From positions 23,622,001-23,686,000 of the forward strand of contig NC_073394.1 of the NCBI RefSeq assembly GCF_028641065.1: a stretch of DNA of 64,000 nucleotides, written 5' to 3'. The notes under the pieces were generated by a model. It was not told the DNA's origin. It saw only the letters and a program-made list of their open reading frames with translations, and ran no database searches. The position numbers and the translations under genes are program-made. Shown piece after piece: positions 13,130-25,300 of the stretch. The stretch comes from Leucoraja erinacea. Taxonomy: Eukaryota. Numbering within the stretch: position 1 is the first letter of the stretch; every line of letters begins with the position of its first letter.

Positions 13130-13938
13130 TGGGTCCAACATAGAACATACAGCACAAGACATAACATACATAGAGGCTCTCATTGACCCACCAACCCACA
13201 CACCAATCCCAAAACCCCTCCATCCCCACTTGTTATAGTTTATAACAATTGTTAATTGGCTTTACATATCCAATAATAACAATACTTATATGTTACAGCA
13301 TAATGTTAATGCATAATACCATATACCACCTATCATACATCGTACGTTAATACATACTATCAACATTATTACATGATATATTATTTCATGATATTGTGAC
13401 ATAATACAATACAAGACCTTATTACACTATGCAATACAATAATACATAAGTTTAATGGCCATGCATATACAATAGTTATGCCAAATGATCACACACAGAG
13501 CAAGCTAGATAAAGGAGCTCGAATACTCTAATACTAGAAATAGGTACATGGTTTTATAAGGAAGGGTAAAAGTGTATTTTTAAATAGACGAAATGAGCTA
13601 ATAGTTCTTATGGTACTAGGCAGAGTGTTCCAGTCAGAAGGAGCTTTGAATTTAAATGCACGTCTCCCAATTTCTTTGTTAGTTCTTGGAATGAAAAAGA
13701 AGGGTTGCTGAATATGTCTTAGTGAATATGAGGGTGTGTATGGTAATAGGTCTTGTTTTAAATAAGAAGGGTAATTGAGATGGATGCATTTAAAGATGAA
13801 CTGGAACCAGTGGTAGCATCTTCGAGCGTGGGGGGATAACCAGTTTATAGTTTCGTACATAGAACAGTGGTGAGTTATATATGGACACCTTAAAATAAAT
13901 CTACAAAGACTATTATAAACTACATTAAGGGTAGCCAT
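13130..13938 (-). mobile_element. L2-group (Crack/Daphne-like) LINE 3' end
   Basis: CRFI...THHCSMY...W...RR..HW...GRRAFKFKAPSDWNTLP followed by an AT-rich 3' UTR. Confidence 0.65.
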
Positions 13939-15428
13939 GCCTAATTGTACCTCTGAAACAGAGGCTGACCATCACTATGGTGCAGACCTTATGAAAGGAA
14001 AGATGCTTCAGCACATGTAAGAGTCATACAGCACAGAAACAGGCCTTTGGTGCAACTTGTCTATGCCAACCAAGATACCGCATCTAAGCTAGTCCCATTT
14101 CCCTGCTTTTAGACCATATCCTTCTAAACCTCTCCTATCCAAATGTATTTAAACGTGGTTATAGTACCTGCCTCAACCATTTCCTCTGGCAGTTCGTTCC
14201 ATATATCCACCATCTTGTGTGTGAAAAAGTTACTCCTCAAGTTCTTTCTCCTCTCACCTTAAACCTAAGCCCTCTAATTCTTGATTCCCCTACCCTTGGA
14301 AAACAAAAAGTGTATTCACCCTATCTATTCCTTTCATTATTGTGTACACTTCTATAAGATCACGCCTCCTATTCCAGATTTTGCTCCAGAAATTTTCCTT
14401 TAGCAGTGGAAGATCAGACTGCAAAATACGACAATATTCCCAAACACAAATGCAATTTACCATTGCAATGTTAAGAAAGATCCACGTGCTTTAAATCATA
14501 TGCATTAGATTGAATACATTGCATGAAATGATACAAAGCTTTAAATACCACAAACATTTGCTGGAGTACAAATAAGGAACTGCAGATACTGGTTTATAAG
14601 AGAAAAAAACAAAAGTGCTGGGTAAATCAGCGGGTCAAGCAGCAGCATCTTTGAAGAACATGGATAGGTAATGTTTCAGGTCTGGACACTTCTTCAGATA
14701 TTTGCTCTCAGGCTTGTGCTGATTTAACTTACGTCCATGGGCATCAGTTCAGAGGAACAATGTGAAAAATCATTTTGGTTTGCAGTTCCTACAATGCCAT
14801 TATAAGAAACTACAAGTAGAGTGCACAGGTGTGGATTTGATTGTGGACTAAATCACGTTAGATTTTGAAGATTTCCGTAGTTGACACTCCCATCTTAGTT
14901 TATTAACAATTACCATTAGGCTCAACATGGAGGTAAATATTTTTGGCCACTATTTGCAAGAATCACCACTTTCATGGATACACGAGACAAAAACAGAGCA
15001 CAAACACATTGGTGCAGAATTTCTAAAGTTATTTGAGTAAATATAACATAAAGGTACATAGATAAGAGGTGCAGGAGTAGGTCATTCAGTCCTTCGAGCC
15101 AGCACTGCCATTCAATGTAATCATGGCTGATCATCCACAATCAGTACCCCGTTCCTGCCTTCTCCCCATGTCCCTTGATTCCGCTAGCCCTAAGAGCTCT
15201 ATATAACTCTCTTTTGAATGCATCCAGTGAATCGGCCTTCCGAGGCAGAGAATTCCATAAATTCACGATTCTCTGTGTGAAAAAGTTTTTCCTCATCTCA
15301 GTTCTAAATGGCCTACCCCTTATTCTTAAACTGTGGCCCCTGGTTTTGGACTTCCCCAACATCGGGACCATGGTTCCTGCATCTAGCGTGTCCAATCCCT
15401 TATATCATTTTATGTCTATCATATACTT

Positions 15429-15596
15429 NNNNNNNNNNNNNNNNNNNNNNNNNNNNNNNNNNNNNNNNNNNNNNNNNNNNNNNNNNNNNNNNNNNNNNNN
15501 NNNNNNNNNNNNNNNNNNNNNNNNNNNNNNNNNNNNNNNNNNNNNNNNNNNNNNNNNNNNNNNNNNNNNNNNNNNNNNNNNNNNNNNNNNNNNNNN
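15429..15596. other. Assembly gap (168 N)
   Basis: Run of N. Confidence 1.
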
Positions 15597-16199
15597 AACA
15601 CTACGCGCAACTGTTGACATTTTTACAGATTATTACTCACATTAACCTAGTCGACGCAATAAACAGGTTCCCTTCACATTTCATGCTATATTTCAAAAGT
15701 TATTCATCATTAAAAAAGCCAAAACGGCCACATACAGATTTTTCAAGCAGCTTCGAATGACGTCACAATGCCCCCTCTCCACCTCCCCAACTGTTTTAAC
15801 TTCATAAATTCGCAAGGGGGGGGAGGAGGCCGCCACGCTGGAATGTTCTGGAAACCTCCCTTTGCCTGGCCCGCCTGGCCCAGTTGCACTGAAGATGCGA
15901 CCTTGCTCGGGTCGGCCCGTGGCCCCGCTCAGGTCGGCACCAGCCCACCGCCTCACTCGGGTCCATGCCCGCCTGCGGCCTCACTCGGGTGGGCGCCCGC
16001 GGCCACTGCTTCCCTCCCTCAGCACGGTGCTCCCTCCTCACCGCCCGAATTTGCACATTCTCCCTGCAAGCGTGTGGTTTTCCTCCCACACCCCAAAGAT
16101 GCATTGGCTTTGTAGGTTAACTTGTCTCTATAAAATTGCCACTAATGTGTAGGGAGTGGGTGAGGAAAGTGGGATAACGGAACTTGTGCGAATGGGTTG

Positions 16200-16600
16200 A
16201 CAAAAATGCTGGAGAAACTCAGCGGGTGAGGCAGCATCTATGGAGCGAAGGAAATAGGCGACGTTTCGGGTTGAGACCGTTCTTCAGACTGATGTGAGGT
16301 GGGGGGGACGGGAAGAAGAAAGGAAGAGGCGGAGACAGTGGGCCAAGGGAGAGCTGGGAAAGGGAGGAGAAAGCAGGGACTACCTGAAATTGGAGAAATC
16401 AATGTTCATACCGCTGGGGTGTAAACTTCCCCAGCGAAATATGAGGTGTTGCTCCTCCAATTTACGGTGGGCCTCACTCTGGCCATGGAAGAGGCCCAGG
16501 ACAGAAAGGTCGGATTCAGAATGCGAGGGGGATTGAAGTGCCGAACCGAGCGGAGGTGTTGGGCGATGCGATCGCCAAGCCTGCGCTTGGTCTCACCGAG
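16200..16600 (-). mobile_element. Penelope-like element 3' fragment (GIY-YIG remnant plus terminal repeat)
   Basis: GETKRRLGDRIAQHLRSVR is the GIY-YIG endonuclease motif; it adjoins the abundant CTGAAGA...GAAACGT terminal repeat. Confidence 0.75.
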
Positions 16601-16604
16601 GTTG

Positions 16605-17300
16605 ATCATACAATACAATACATCCTCCTGAATCTCCTCCTCACTGTGATGGAAGGCAAAGTCTTGTCTCTACTCTGCTCTCCATTCTTCTCCCGATGTC
16701 AAAGCCCCCAGCGGGCGATGGCAAGTCCCACGGCCATTAAGGCCGCGCCACGCGATGTAAGGCACTGATGTTGATGTTGGAGCCCCCAACGGGTGCTGGC
16801 AAGTCCCGCGGCCGTTTAAGCCGCGCCGGGCGATGTAAGGCCCCGCTCCGGGTCGCCTTCAACCCCGCAACTCGGGCGGGAGAAGTTGCCGTTGTGGGAG
16901 CTCCGAAAAGCGGTCTCCCACTAGGGACCCGCGAGCTCACGATGTGACCGTCCACCGGACCTGCGGCTGGAGCCTCCGAAGCTCCGGAGTCGGGCCGCAG
17001 CAGCGCGCCACCACAGCTCTCCACGCCCCGAAGCCAGCCAGTGTGTGTCCGGAGGCTCCGCGACTGGAGCCCCCAGATCGTTCCGGTTGGAGGCCGCTCC
17101 ACGGTGCTAGGCCCCAACGACAATGGAGACCCGACAGGGAAAAGGTCGGGTCTCCGGTGCAGGGAAGAGATTTAAAAGTTCCCCCTGCCCCCAACACACA
17201 GTTAAAAACAATAAAAAACCACTACAAACTATACACTCAACAGGACAAAAAATTAAAACAGATGGATTGCAGAGGCCACTGCAACATCGGTCGCGCCACC
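16605..17300 (-). mobile_element. GC-rich non-coding retroposon (family also at 36595-37255 and 58908-59840)
   Basis: Shared layout: GGCG head, T-rich tract, G-run plus GAACTTTT, CpG-rich core, GCCTTCC(A/C)TCACA(G/T)TGA motif, simple-repeat tail. Confidence 0.6.
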
Positions 17301-19366
17301 TATAACATGCGTTGAATAATCCAACCACATTTTTGTTTGGAAGTGGAAAGAAATAATAGAAATTGCATTCATTGCAACGTGTAAACAGAGTTGAGATACT
17401 GTATTATAATTTTGCTGCATGTCATTGTGGTATATATCATGTCTTGATTGGTGAATATGTTTAATTTGTGACTTTATTTGAAGCAGAAATAATATGTGAA
17501 TGCTTCATTGAGCATAATTCCGACTGGTAACTACGCACTTCGTCCGAGCACATTATCGCACGCGTCATGCAAGCCGTCTTAAATGACCACCTAAACTGTC
17601 ATTTGGCAACCTAAAAAGCTGCCAAGGTTGCCCGGCTGGCAAAAAAAGTTAAGTGAGAGCCCTGCAAGGTGTATAATATTTTTGACACTGTCTTAGGCCT
17701 TTCCTACATATGCTGTCACAACACACTGTAATCTCTAAACAACTTTTCAGTAATTTGCCTTGCACTCCATTTCAGAATAATAGTGTTTTAAGCCGATAAC
17801 TCGACACTAGCACTGGCAATAGATAAATAAATAAAAAGCTCAGCCTTCCAGCCCCTTATCTCATTGGCCACGCTCATCTGCAAATCGGTGTCAATCTGGT
17901 GGACTCTTCCATCTTCTTCTAGTCGTGGAGGTTGGGGATTGTGAGGGGCCTCATAAGTTGAACAACCTAGGGCCTCTCTTCATCTGAATCCGGCACTGAC
18001 CCCCCTCCCCCACACCCCTGCCCCCCCCACACCCCCGCGTTGCATTAGGGGAATGAGTTGAATTTGGGGAATGGGTGAATGCTGGAATATTGCATTGGGG
18101 AGCAGACCCAACAGGTCTGCACTTGGTCTAGTGTTTCTATCAGATTCCCTCTCATCCTTCTAAATTCCAGTGAATACAAGCCCAGTCGCTCTATTCTTTC
18201 ATCATATGACAGCCCCGCCATCCCGGAATTAACCTCATGAACATACGCTGCACTCTGTCAATAGCAAGAATGTCCCTCCTCAAATTAGGAAACTAAAACT
18301 GCACACAATGCTCCAGGTGTGGTCTAACCAGGGCTCTGTACAACTGCAGAAGGATCTCTTTGCTCCTATATTCAACTCCTCTCGTTATGAAGGCCAACAT
18401 GCTGTTAGCTTTCTTCACTGTCTGCTGTACCTGTATGCTTACTTTCAGTGACTGATGTACTAGGGCACCCAGCTCTCGTTGTATTTCCCCTTTTCCTAAC
18501 CTGACACCATTCAGATAATCTGCCTTCCCATCCAAAGTGGATAACCTCACATTTATCCGCATTATACTGCATCTGCCAGTGCCATGCATCTGCCCACTCA
18601 CCCAACCTGTCCAAGTTACCCTGCATTCTCATAGTATCCTCTTCACAGTTCACACTGCCACCATATTTGTGTCATCTGCAAATATGCTAATGTTACTTTT
18701 AATTCCTTCATCTAAATTGCTAATGTATATTGTAAATGGCTGCAGTCCCAGCACCGAGCCTTGTGGCACCCCACTATTCACTGCCTGCCATTCTGAAAGT
18801 GACCTGTTAATACCCTACCCCCAATACCATGTGCTCTAATTTTGCCCACTAATCTTCTGTGTGGGATCTTATCAAATGCTTTCTGAAAGTCCAGGTACAC
18901 TACATCCACTGACTCTCCCTTGTCCATTTTCCTTGTTTTATTTTCAAAAAATTCCATAAGATTTGTCAAGCATGATTTCCCCTTTTGTAAATCCATGCTG
19001 ACTTGCACCAATCCTGTTACTGCTATCCAAATGCACTGCTATTATCTTTGATAATCCAGCATCTTTCCCACCAAATTAGGAGGAAACAGCAGAGAGAGGA
19101 GGATGTTTCCTGAAGCCAATAAAACTAGCTCAAGATACCTTTGATAACTACAGGGGAAAGAGAGACGAGAACCAAAAAAGATCCAAAATTATTCACAGAA
19201 TTATTAGCAAAAATACAATACATTAATAAAAATATAACTGTATAACATGTTGGAAACATTATTTTTAAGATAGCTGCTTACAAAAATACTATATATGCAT
19301 TACAAATATGCACTGGCTGGCACAGAGTGTTGATCACCTCAAGGGATGTTCGCTTTCTTCAAATAC

Positions 19367-19385
19367 TCAGTCAGCTGCGATTATA
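19367..19385 (-). CDS. TMEM216: TMEM216 probable terminal coding exon (S-I-I-A-A-D-stop)
   Basis: ctttgttttcttag|TATAATCGCAGCTGACTGA in the correct phase; too short to confirm by homology. Confidence 0.55.
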
Positions 19386-22300
19386 CTAAGAAAACAAAGT
19401 GAAATATTAGGAATATACCTCAAGTACAACAACTATTCATTAAAAGGAATTAAATGATTGAACTTAAGGTAAATAAATTATTATATACATTGCCAAACAA
19501 TTAGCTCGATTTCCTGGGAAAGAAGAAAATGTTCATAGGCACACAAGAACACGAGGAAATAGGAACAGGATTAACCTTACCGAGCCTGCCCAGACTTCAA
19601 TATGATCAAGGCTATCTATGTTGGTCTAAATCCTCTTATGTACAAGATATACAGGCAAGTGCTTGGTTTGCTTGGATTGTGTATCATAATGGGCAGCTAT
19701 AGTATCCTGGAATTTGCATGACTGTCAATTAATCAACCAGACTACAATATCCCAATTATGTATGAATTTGTGTTTTTTTTTTGCTTTTCACTGTTAGTAA
19801 TATCTTAATGGGTCTGATGAGCTTTATCTATTCCGATGCACAATATTTGCAGCAAATCACACTCTCTAACCATTTCTATGATACATGATCGGATGGATTA
19901 GTGTTGCTGAGGAATGACTTGACGCTAAATTATATGGATATAATAGGCATAGTGGTCTACATACAATTCCTTCAAACTGAAAATGTCTTTGGTTATCCCT
20001 CTTGTCTTCCCTTCCCTTACATTTTCATTTAATTAAATCAAAATTTAAATCAATATCCTCTGCTTGGGAACAAAATCAATAACATTTGTTTGTCCGAAAG
20101 GGAAGTGCCAGTGACCAAATGATAATTTTGATCTGTATTTGACATACACGGCCTTCTCCCATTTTATTTCAGAACTGTTACTCCATCTTAATAGAATTAA
20201 CCTCTTTAAAGAAAAGCATAGCTTTCTTCACAACTCAGTGTATAATAATGATTTTGAACCAAACGGAAGATTCTGATTCTGGAGAAACTTGCAGCAGCAT
20301 CTTATGGAGCGAAGGAAATAGGCAACGTTTCGGGCCGAAACCCTTCTTACTGATCGGGGGCGGGGGTGGGTGGGGACAAGAAAGGTAAAAGGAGGACTAG
20401 CCAGAAGGCTGGGGGCTGGGCGGAGACAGCAGGGGGGCTGAGGCAAATTCTATTCTGCTAGTGGCAGGTTAGGTTATGTTAACTGGAGCAACAACTGAGC
20501 CTCTGATTTGGAGGATGAATGCAAAGTAAACCAGCTTGTTCCTGTTTACAATGTATTCTTCATGCTCCAGTTTCCTTCTACATCCCAAAGAAGTGCGAAT
20601 TTGTAGGTTAATTGACCTCTGTACACTGCCCCTAATGTTTAGGGAGTGGATGTGAAAGTGGGATAACATAGAACATGTGAAAAGGTGATTGATGGATGAT
20701 GTGGGCCAATGGGCCTATGTCCATGCTGTATCTCTAAACTAAGAGAATTGGGCTCAGTGTTTTTACCCTCAGTCTTGGCAGCGTAACAAGCAGGAAAGGG
20801 AGTTCACAAAATTCTGAAGAATTTGCCCAGATTTGAAAGTCGCTTCCAAACTTGAATACAAACCCATAGTCACTGTACTTGCAAGAACAGGCATGAACAT
20901 TTAATAATGAAAATCATCTGGAAATGTGCAGAGAAATTGTTCTTCTTACCTTGAGAAACTCATCAAGCCCACGATGTACAGAACCAATTCAAAGACATAA
21001 AAAACCAACAATATTGCATTGATGGTCAGTTCCAGCCTTAGAACATAGGTCTGCAATATCAGATAGTAAATTGCCATTATTGTAGATGGCCCAAGAAGCA
21101 CCAGGCTAATAGTGAGAGGCACCTTGCGTTGAGACAGATTCCCCTTGGAACCTAATGCAAAATTTAAAAAGTAATTAGATAGATATTTATCTTACATTCA
21201 ATTATTCACAGCAGAAGAGATGACTAATTGCAGTTTCAGTCTGTTACTTCACCCAGAGCCATTTTACCGTTGTGCACCTGGAAAATTATTGTTTTCTAGG
21301 CATCACAGCCAAATCTCACCTCTCCTTACCCAATTGTCAACCATTTGTCCCTCTCAACTTGATTCCCATACAGCTGCAATCCCCAATGACCCAGGTTTCA
21401 AGAGGCCAACCTCCAGAATTTTCTCCATCAGCTCTCAGCCTTATTGAATGGTTTCCTTGGCAACAGGCTATTTACTCGCTCCTGCACTACTACTTCGCCG
21501 TTTTATTCCACAAGGGTAATTTGTTAATGTACTTTTGGCCCCATCACTTCATTTCAATTGCTCAACACTTTTCATTTTTCTCAGCACTCGTTCAATATGC
21601 TGGTGACATGCACTTTGAGCATTGTGTTCAGTTTTGGTCATCCTGCTGATAGGAAAGTGGCCACTAAGCTGAAAAGAGTGCAAGGAAGATTTTAAGAGGG
21701 TTAAGGGGGTAAGTTCTCTGTTTGGAATTAAAGGAGAAGGTGTACATAGTTACAGCATTTTGTTATTTTTAATAATTTCTAGTATTCTCACTTACACCTC
21801 CTTGACCTATTGTTTGTCTCTTCACTTATCCCTTTATCATCCTGTTTTGCATTATCATATATTTTGTAATTATTGTCTGCATATTCAATCACATACTTTT
21901 GTTTTATTTTCTCCTCTTGCCATTTTCTGCATCTTAAAATGGATAGTTATTATTCTGAAACATTAACTCTGCCCCACTCCCCACAGATACTGCTCGACCT
22001 GGAGTACTTTAATTTCACTTTTAAAACAAAAAATATTTTTCACTTTAGATAGACGTTGAATTCTCTAATTTTAAGTAAATGCTACCAACACTCCCTTCCC
22101 CTCTTGCCCTCTTCCTTCACCCTAGATTAAACAGTTCCAAAGTTCGCTACATTTATTTCCTTTTTGAGATCACACTTTCTCTAGCCAACATTTACCCACC
22201 AGGGCAGCACCCTACCTGAGGTCATTTGTTGCCGCCTCCGATTTGTCCTGGTCTTTTCTCACCTCCAGCTCTTCCGTTCCCCCTCCCCCTCCATCCCCTA

Positions 22301-25300
22301 CATTCAGTCTGAAGAAGGGTCTCAACCCAAAACATGACCTATCCTTTATCTCCAGAGATGCTGCCTAACCTGTTGAGTTACTCCTGTACTTTGTATCTAT
22401 CTTTGGTATAAACCAGCATCTGAAGTTCTTTGTTTCTATATTATTTTTAACTTTGTTTGACAAGTAGTAAGATCCAAGGAAGGTAAAACACTGCATTCAA
22501 CCTTCAATGAAATAAATAGTCAATAAATAAAAAAATCCCCCCTGTTATTTTCTTCATGGCACTGGCCAGAATTCTAAATTATCTACTTTCATAAGTTATG
22601 AGGCAGAAAAGTCTGAGACATAATGTCCCTGGGATTCAACTCTATACAAACTTTCAGAAGTAGTTTTAGGGTAACTTACCAAAGAATATCCTTAATATTT
22701 CAACCCCAAGGTACAAAAACAGCATGACTAGATCCAAAGCCAGGTTTGCAGAGGCATAGGGCAACACCAGACCTATAACATATAACAAAGGAGCATTACA
22801 AGTTGGACAAGAAGTTATGCGTGGAAACTGCACATCTCAAGTCTAAGTCACGGCCAGACCTGCCACAGAATATTAGCAAAACATGGAATGATTGAAGCAG
22901 CAAGAGTTGCTTGTTATTAGTACACTCAGAACATTGGCCAAGACAAACAGTGGACCCAATAATTCCAAAAGCTCCTTCCAAATGTGCGACTCCAAACACC
23001 AAGAATGTCAAAAGGCAACTGGCCATGGATATATCAACAAGTGAAAATTCCTCTCCAAGGCACATATCATCTTGATTCTGATATACAGTATTGTTCCTTT
23101 ATCATTACTGGGTTGAAATTCTGGAACTCCTGCTCCTGAGGATTATGGAAGTACCTTCACCAAAAAGCTGTTTGGTGACTCACCGCCACCTTCAAGGAGA
23201 ATTATAGACGGGTAATACATATTGGCCTTCCCAAAGACATTAATTTAATAGAAAATGGATAATCTCACGAAATATACAAGATGCAAGGAAGGATTGACAA
23301 GGTGGATGTTGATAAGACTGTTGTCTTTTGCTCAACGTCTAGTAGGAGATGTGGTTGGCCATTTAAGATTGAGAGGAAGGGAGTTCTTCAATATTAGGGT
23401 TGTGAATCTTTGCCGTTTTGCACCCCAGTGTAGAGCAGATGTTCAGTTGTGGAATATATGCTGGCTAAATGTATCTGGTACCCATGCCAACAACATCCAA
23501 CTCTACCTCACCCGTACCAAACTTTTCCTGGTTCATTGGATTTGATTTGTGACATTGCTTCCTCAGCATTCAAAAATGGAGGGGCAATAATAGTGTTCAA
23601 TTAAATATTGGTACCTGTAATACCAAAGTCACTACCTTCAGAAACATTGTATACTTTGTACTGAATATTTTTGTCCATCTTTGGCATTGTGTCTAATTCT
23701 AGGCTGAGCAGCCATCTCATATCCTTCCTCTGAGAACGGCTGTTTCCATCTCCACCTTTATTGCTGAAACTCTGAACAGGATTTTGCTTTAATTGGAGCT
23801 TAATAATGTTAAAGCTCTCCTTGAGGGCATGCATTTTATATATTCAAAGGATGGCATGTTTTTGAAATAATTCAAACAAAATTTGGAATTTTATTGTCGG
23901 CATGTAGATGATCACTTCCTTCTAAAATTAAATGTGTAAGACCAATGCAATGACATTTCCACATATAGCTCACAGACCTCTCGTCCATGCATGCATCATT
24001 ATTAACAGGTAAGCAGCAGTGAAAGGTATTTCTGTAACTCTATGTTTATACAAGGCAGATACCCCACATAATGAATATCTGATTACCCTGCCAGGAAATG
24101 TAGTACTTGTATATAACATATTTGAGTTAAGCTTTAACAATTTCTAACAAAAATAACTTGCTGACATTCATGATCCTAGCTCATATAATAATTTGCATGC
24201 TTATCGTGGCTTTAAAACAGTTAACCAATCCATCACGGGATAATGAGCATTTTAAAGGCTTTTAAAAGGTACCACCTAAATTGTAACACAGCACAAATTA
24301 CTCCAAATTATAGTGAAACAAGCATTTAATGTGTTTTCAGTTAAGTTAAAATGTTTAACTTTTACTTCCAGTTTTTTCATTCTACTGGAAATAATATTAC
24401 TTAAAAAAAGAACCAAGCTATGTTGAAAATTTGCAAAATAAAGTGACAAAAAACCTAATTTTTTGCCCTCACATTCTACATTTTCCACTAGTCAATATAA
24501 ATAAGAAATACAATTTTAGAAGCATAGATATCACATACTACAATTAAAAGTAACGATTAAAACTCACAACATAGGATTTAGAACATACTTTTATATATGA
24601 AAAAAAGGATCTCTGCCACAAAGTACGCTGCAAAGTACCAGCTGTTGAGGAGTAGGAGAATTTCCAGTGGGGCCAGAGAGAGCTTTTGCAAAAAATTAAG
24701 GAAGGATCACAAATAACATTTTATTAATTGATGATTATATTTTAGCAAACTGAAGTTTCAGAAGTGTAACTAACTATTGAGAAATCATAAGCCTTTTATT
24801 AATGAGGGTGGCAATTCAGCATTATCAGGTTTATGTTATGGACATGACAACTGTGATTCCAATAGCATAATCCTAATTCCATGCAAAAACGACATAATCA
24901 GCAAAGGGAAGTCTTTGCAGCTGGTCTCGAACATTCCTCGTTTTCAATTATTTGCCCATGTGCATCAGGAATAATTTTTAATTCATAAAAGGATACAACT
25001 GGAGGTGGTTTTCCTGTAAAATACAACAATTATAAGACACTGGTACATGTTCCTCACAAACCATTGAGTAAAAATAAAGCACGTGTGAACTAAAGACTAG
25101 TCATGTGTAGGAAGGAACTGCAGATGCTGGTTTAAACCGAAGATAAGACACAAAAAACTGGAGTAACTCACTGGGTCAGGGAGCATCTCTGGAAGAAAGG
25201 AATAGATGATGTTTCGCATCTGAAGAAGTGTCTTGACCCGAAACGTTACTTATTCCTTTCCTCCAGAGATGCCGTCTGACCCGCTGAGTTACTCCAGCTT

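Larger units (their letters stand above)
15416..18131 (+). mobile_element. Probable non-autonomous Helitron carrying nested repeats
   Basis: Begins TCTATC... at the CR1 break and ends with hairpin GCAGACC-caaca-GGTCTGC (18102-18120) then CTAG|T (18128-18131). The assembly gap lies inside it. Confidence 0.55.
15055..19030 (-). mobile_element. CR1 LINE split into 15055-15410 and 18132-19030 by a nested insertion
   Basis: KSCLTNLMEFFE...VDVVYLDFQKAFDK, LVRPHLEHCVQF, TRGHSL...FFTQRIVNLWNSLP; the two halves are colinear. Confidence 0.85.

Noticed and set aside
15175-15760. ORFs containing long X runs
   Set aside because: Artefacts of the N gap and antisense CR1.
16737-17328. Overlapping GC-rich ORFs on both strands (also 59082-59742)
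   Set aside because: Stop-poor GC-rich repeat with no recognisable protein motif or splice structure.
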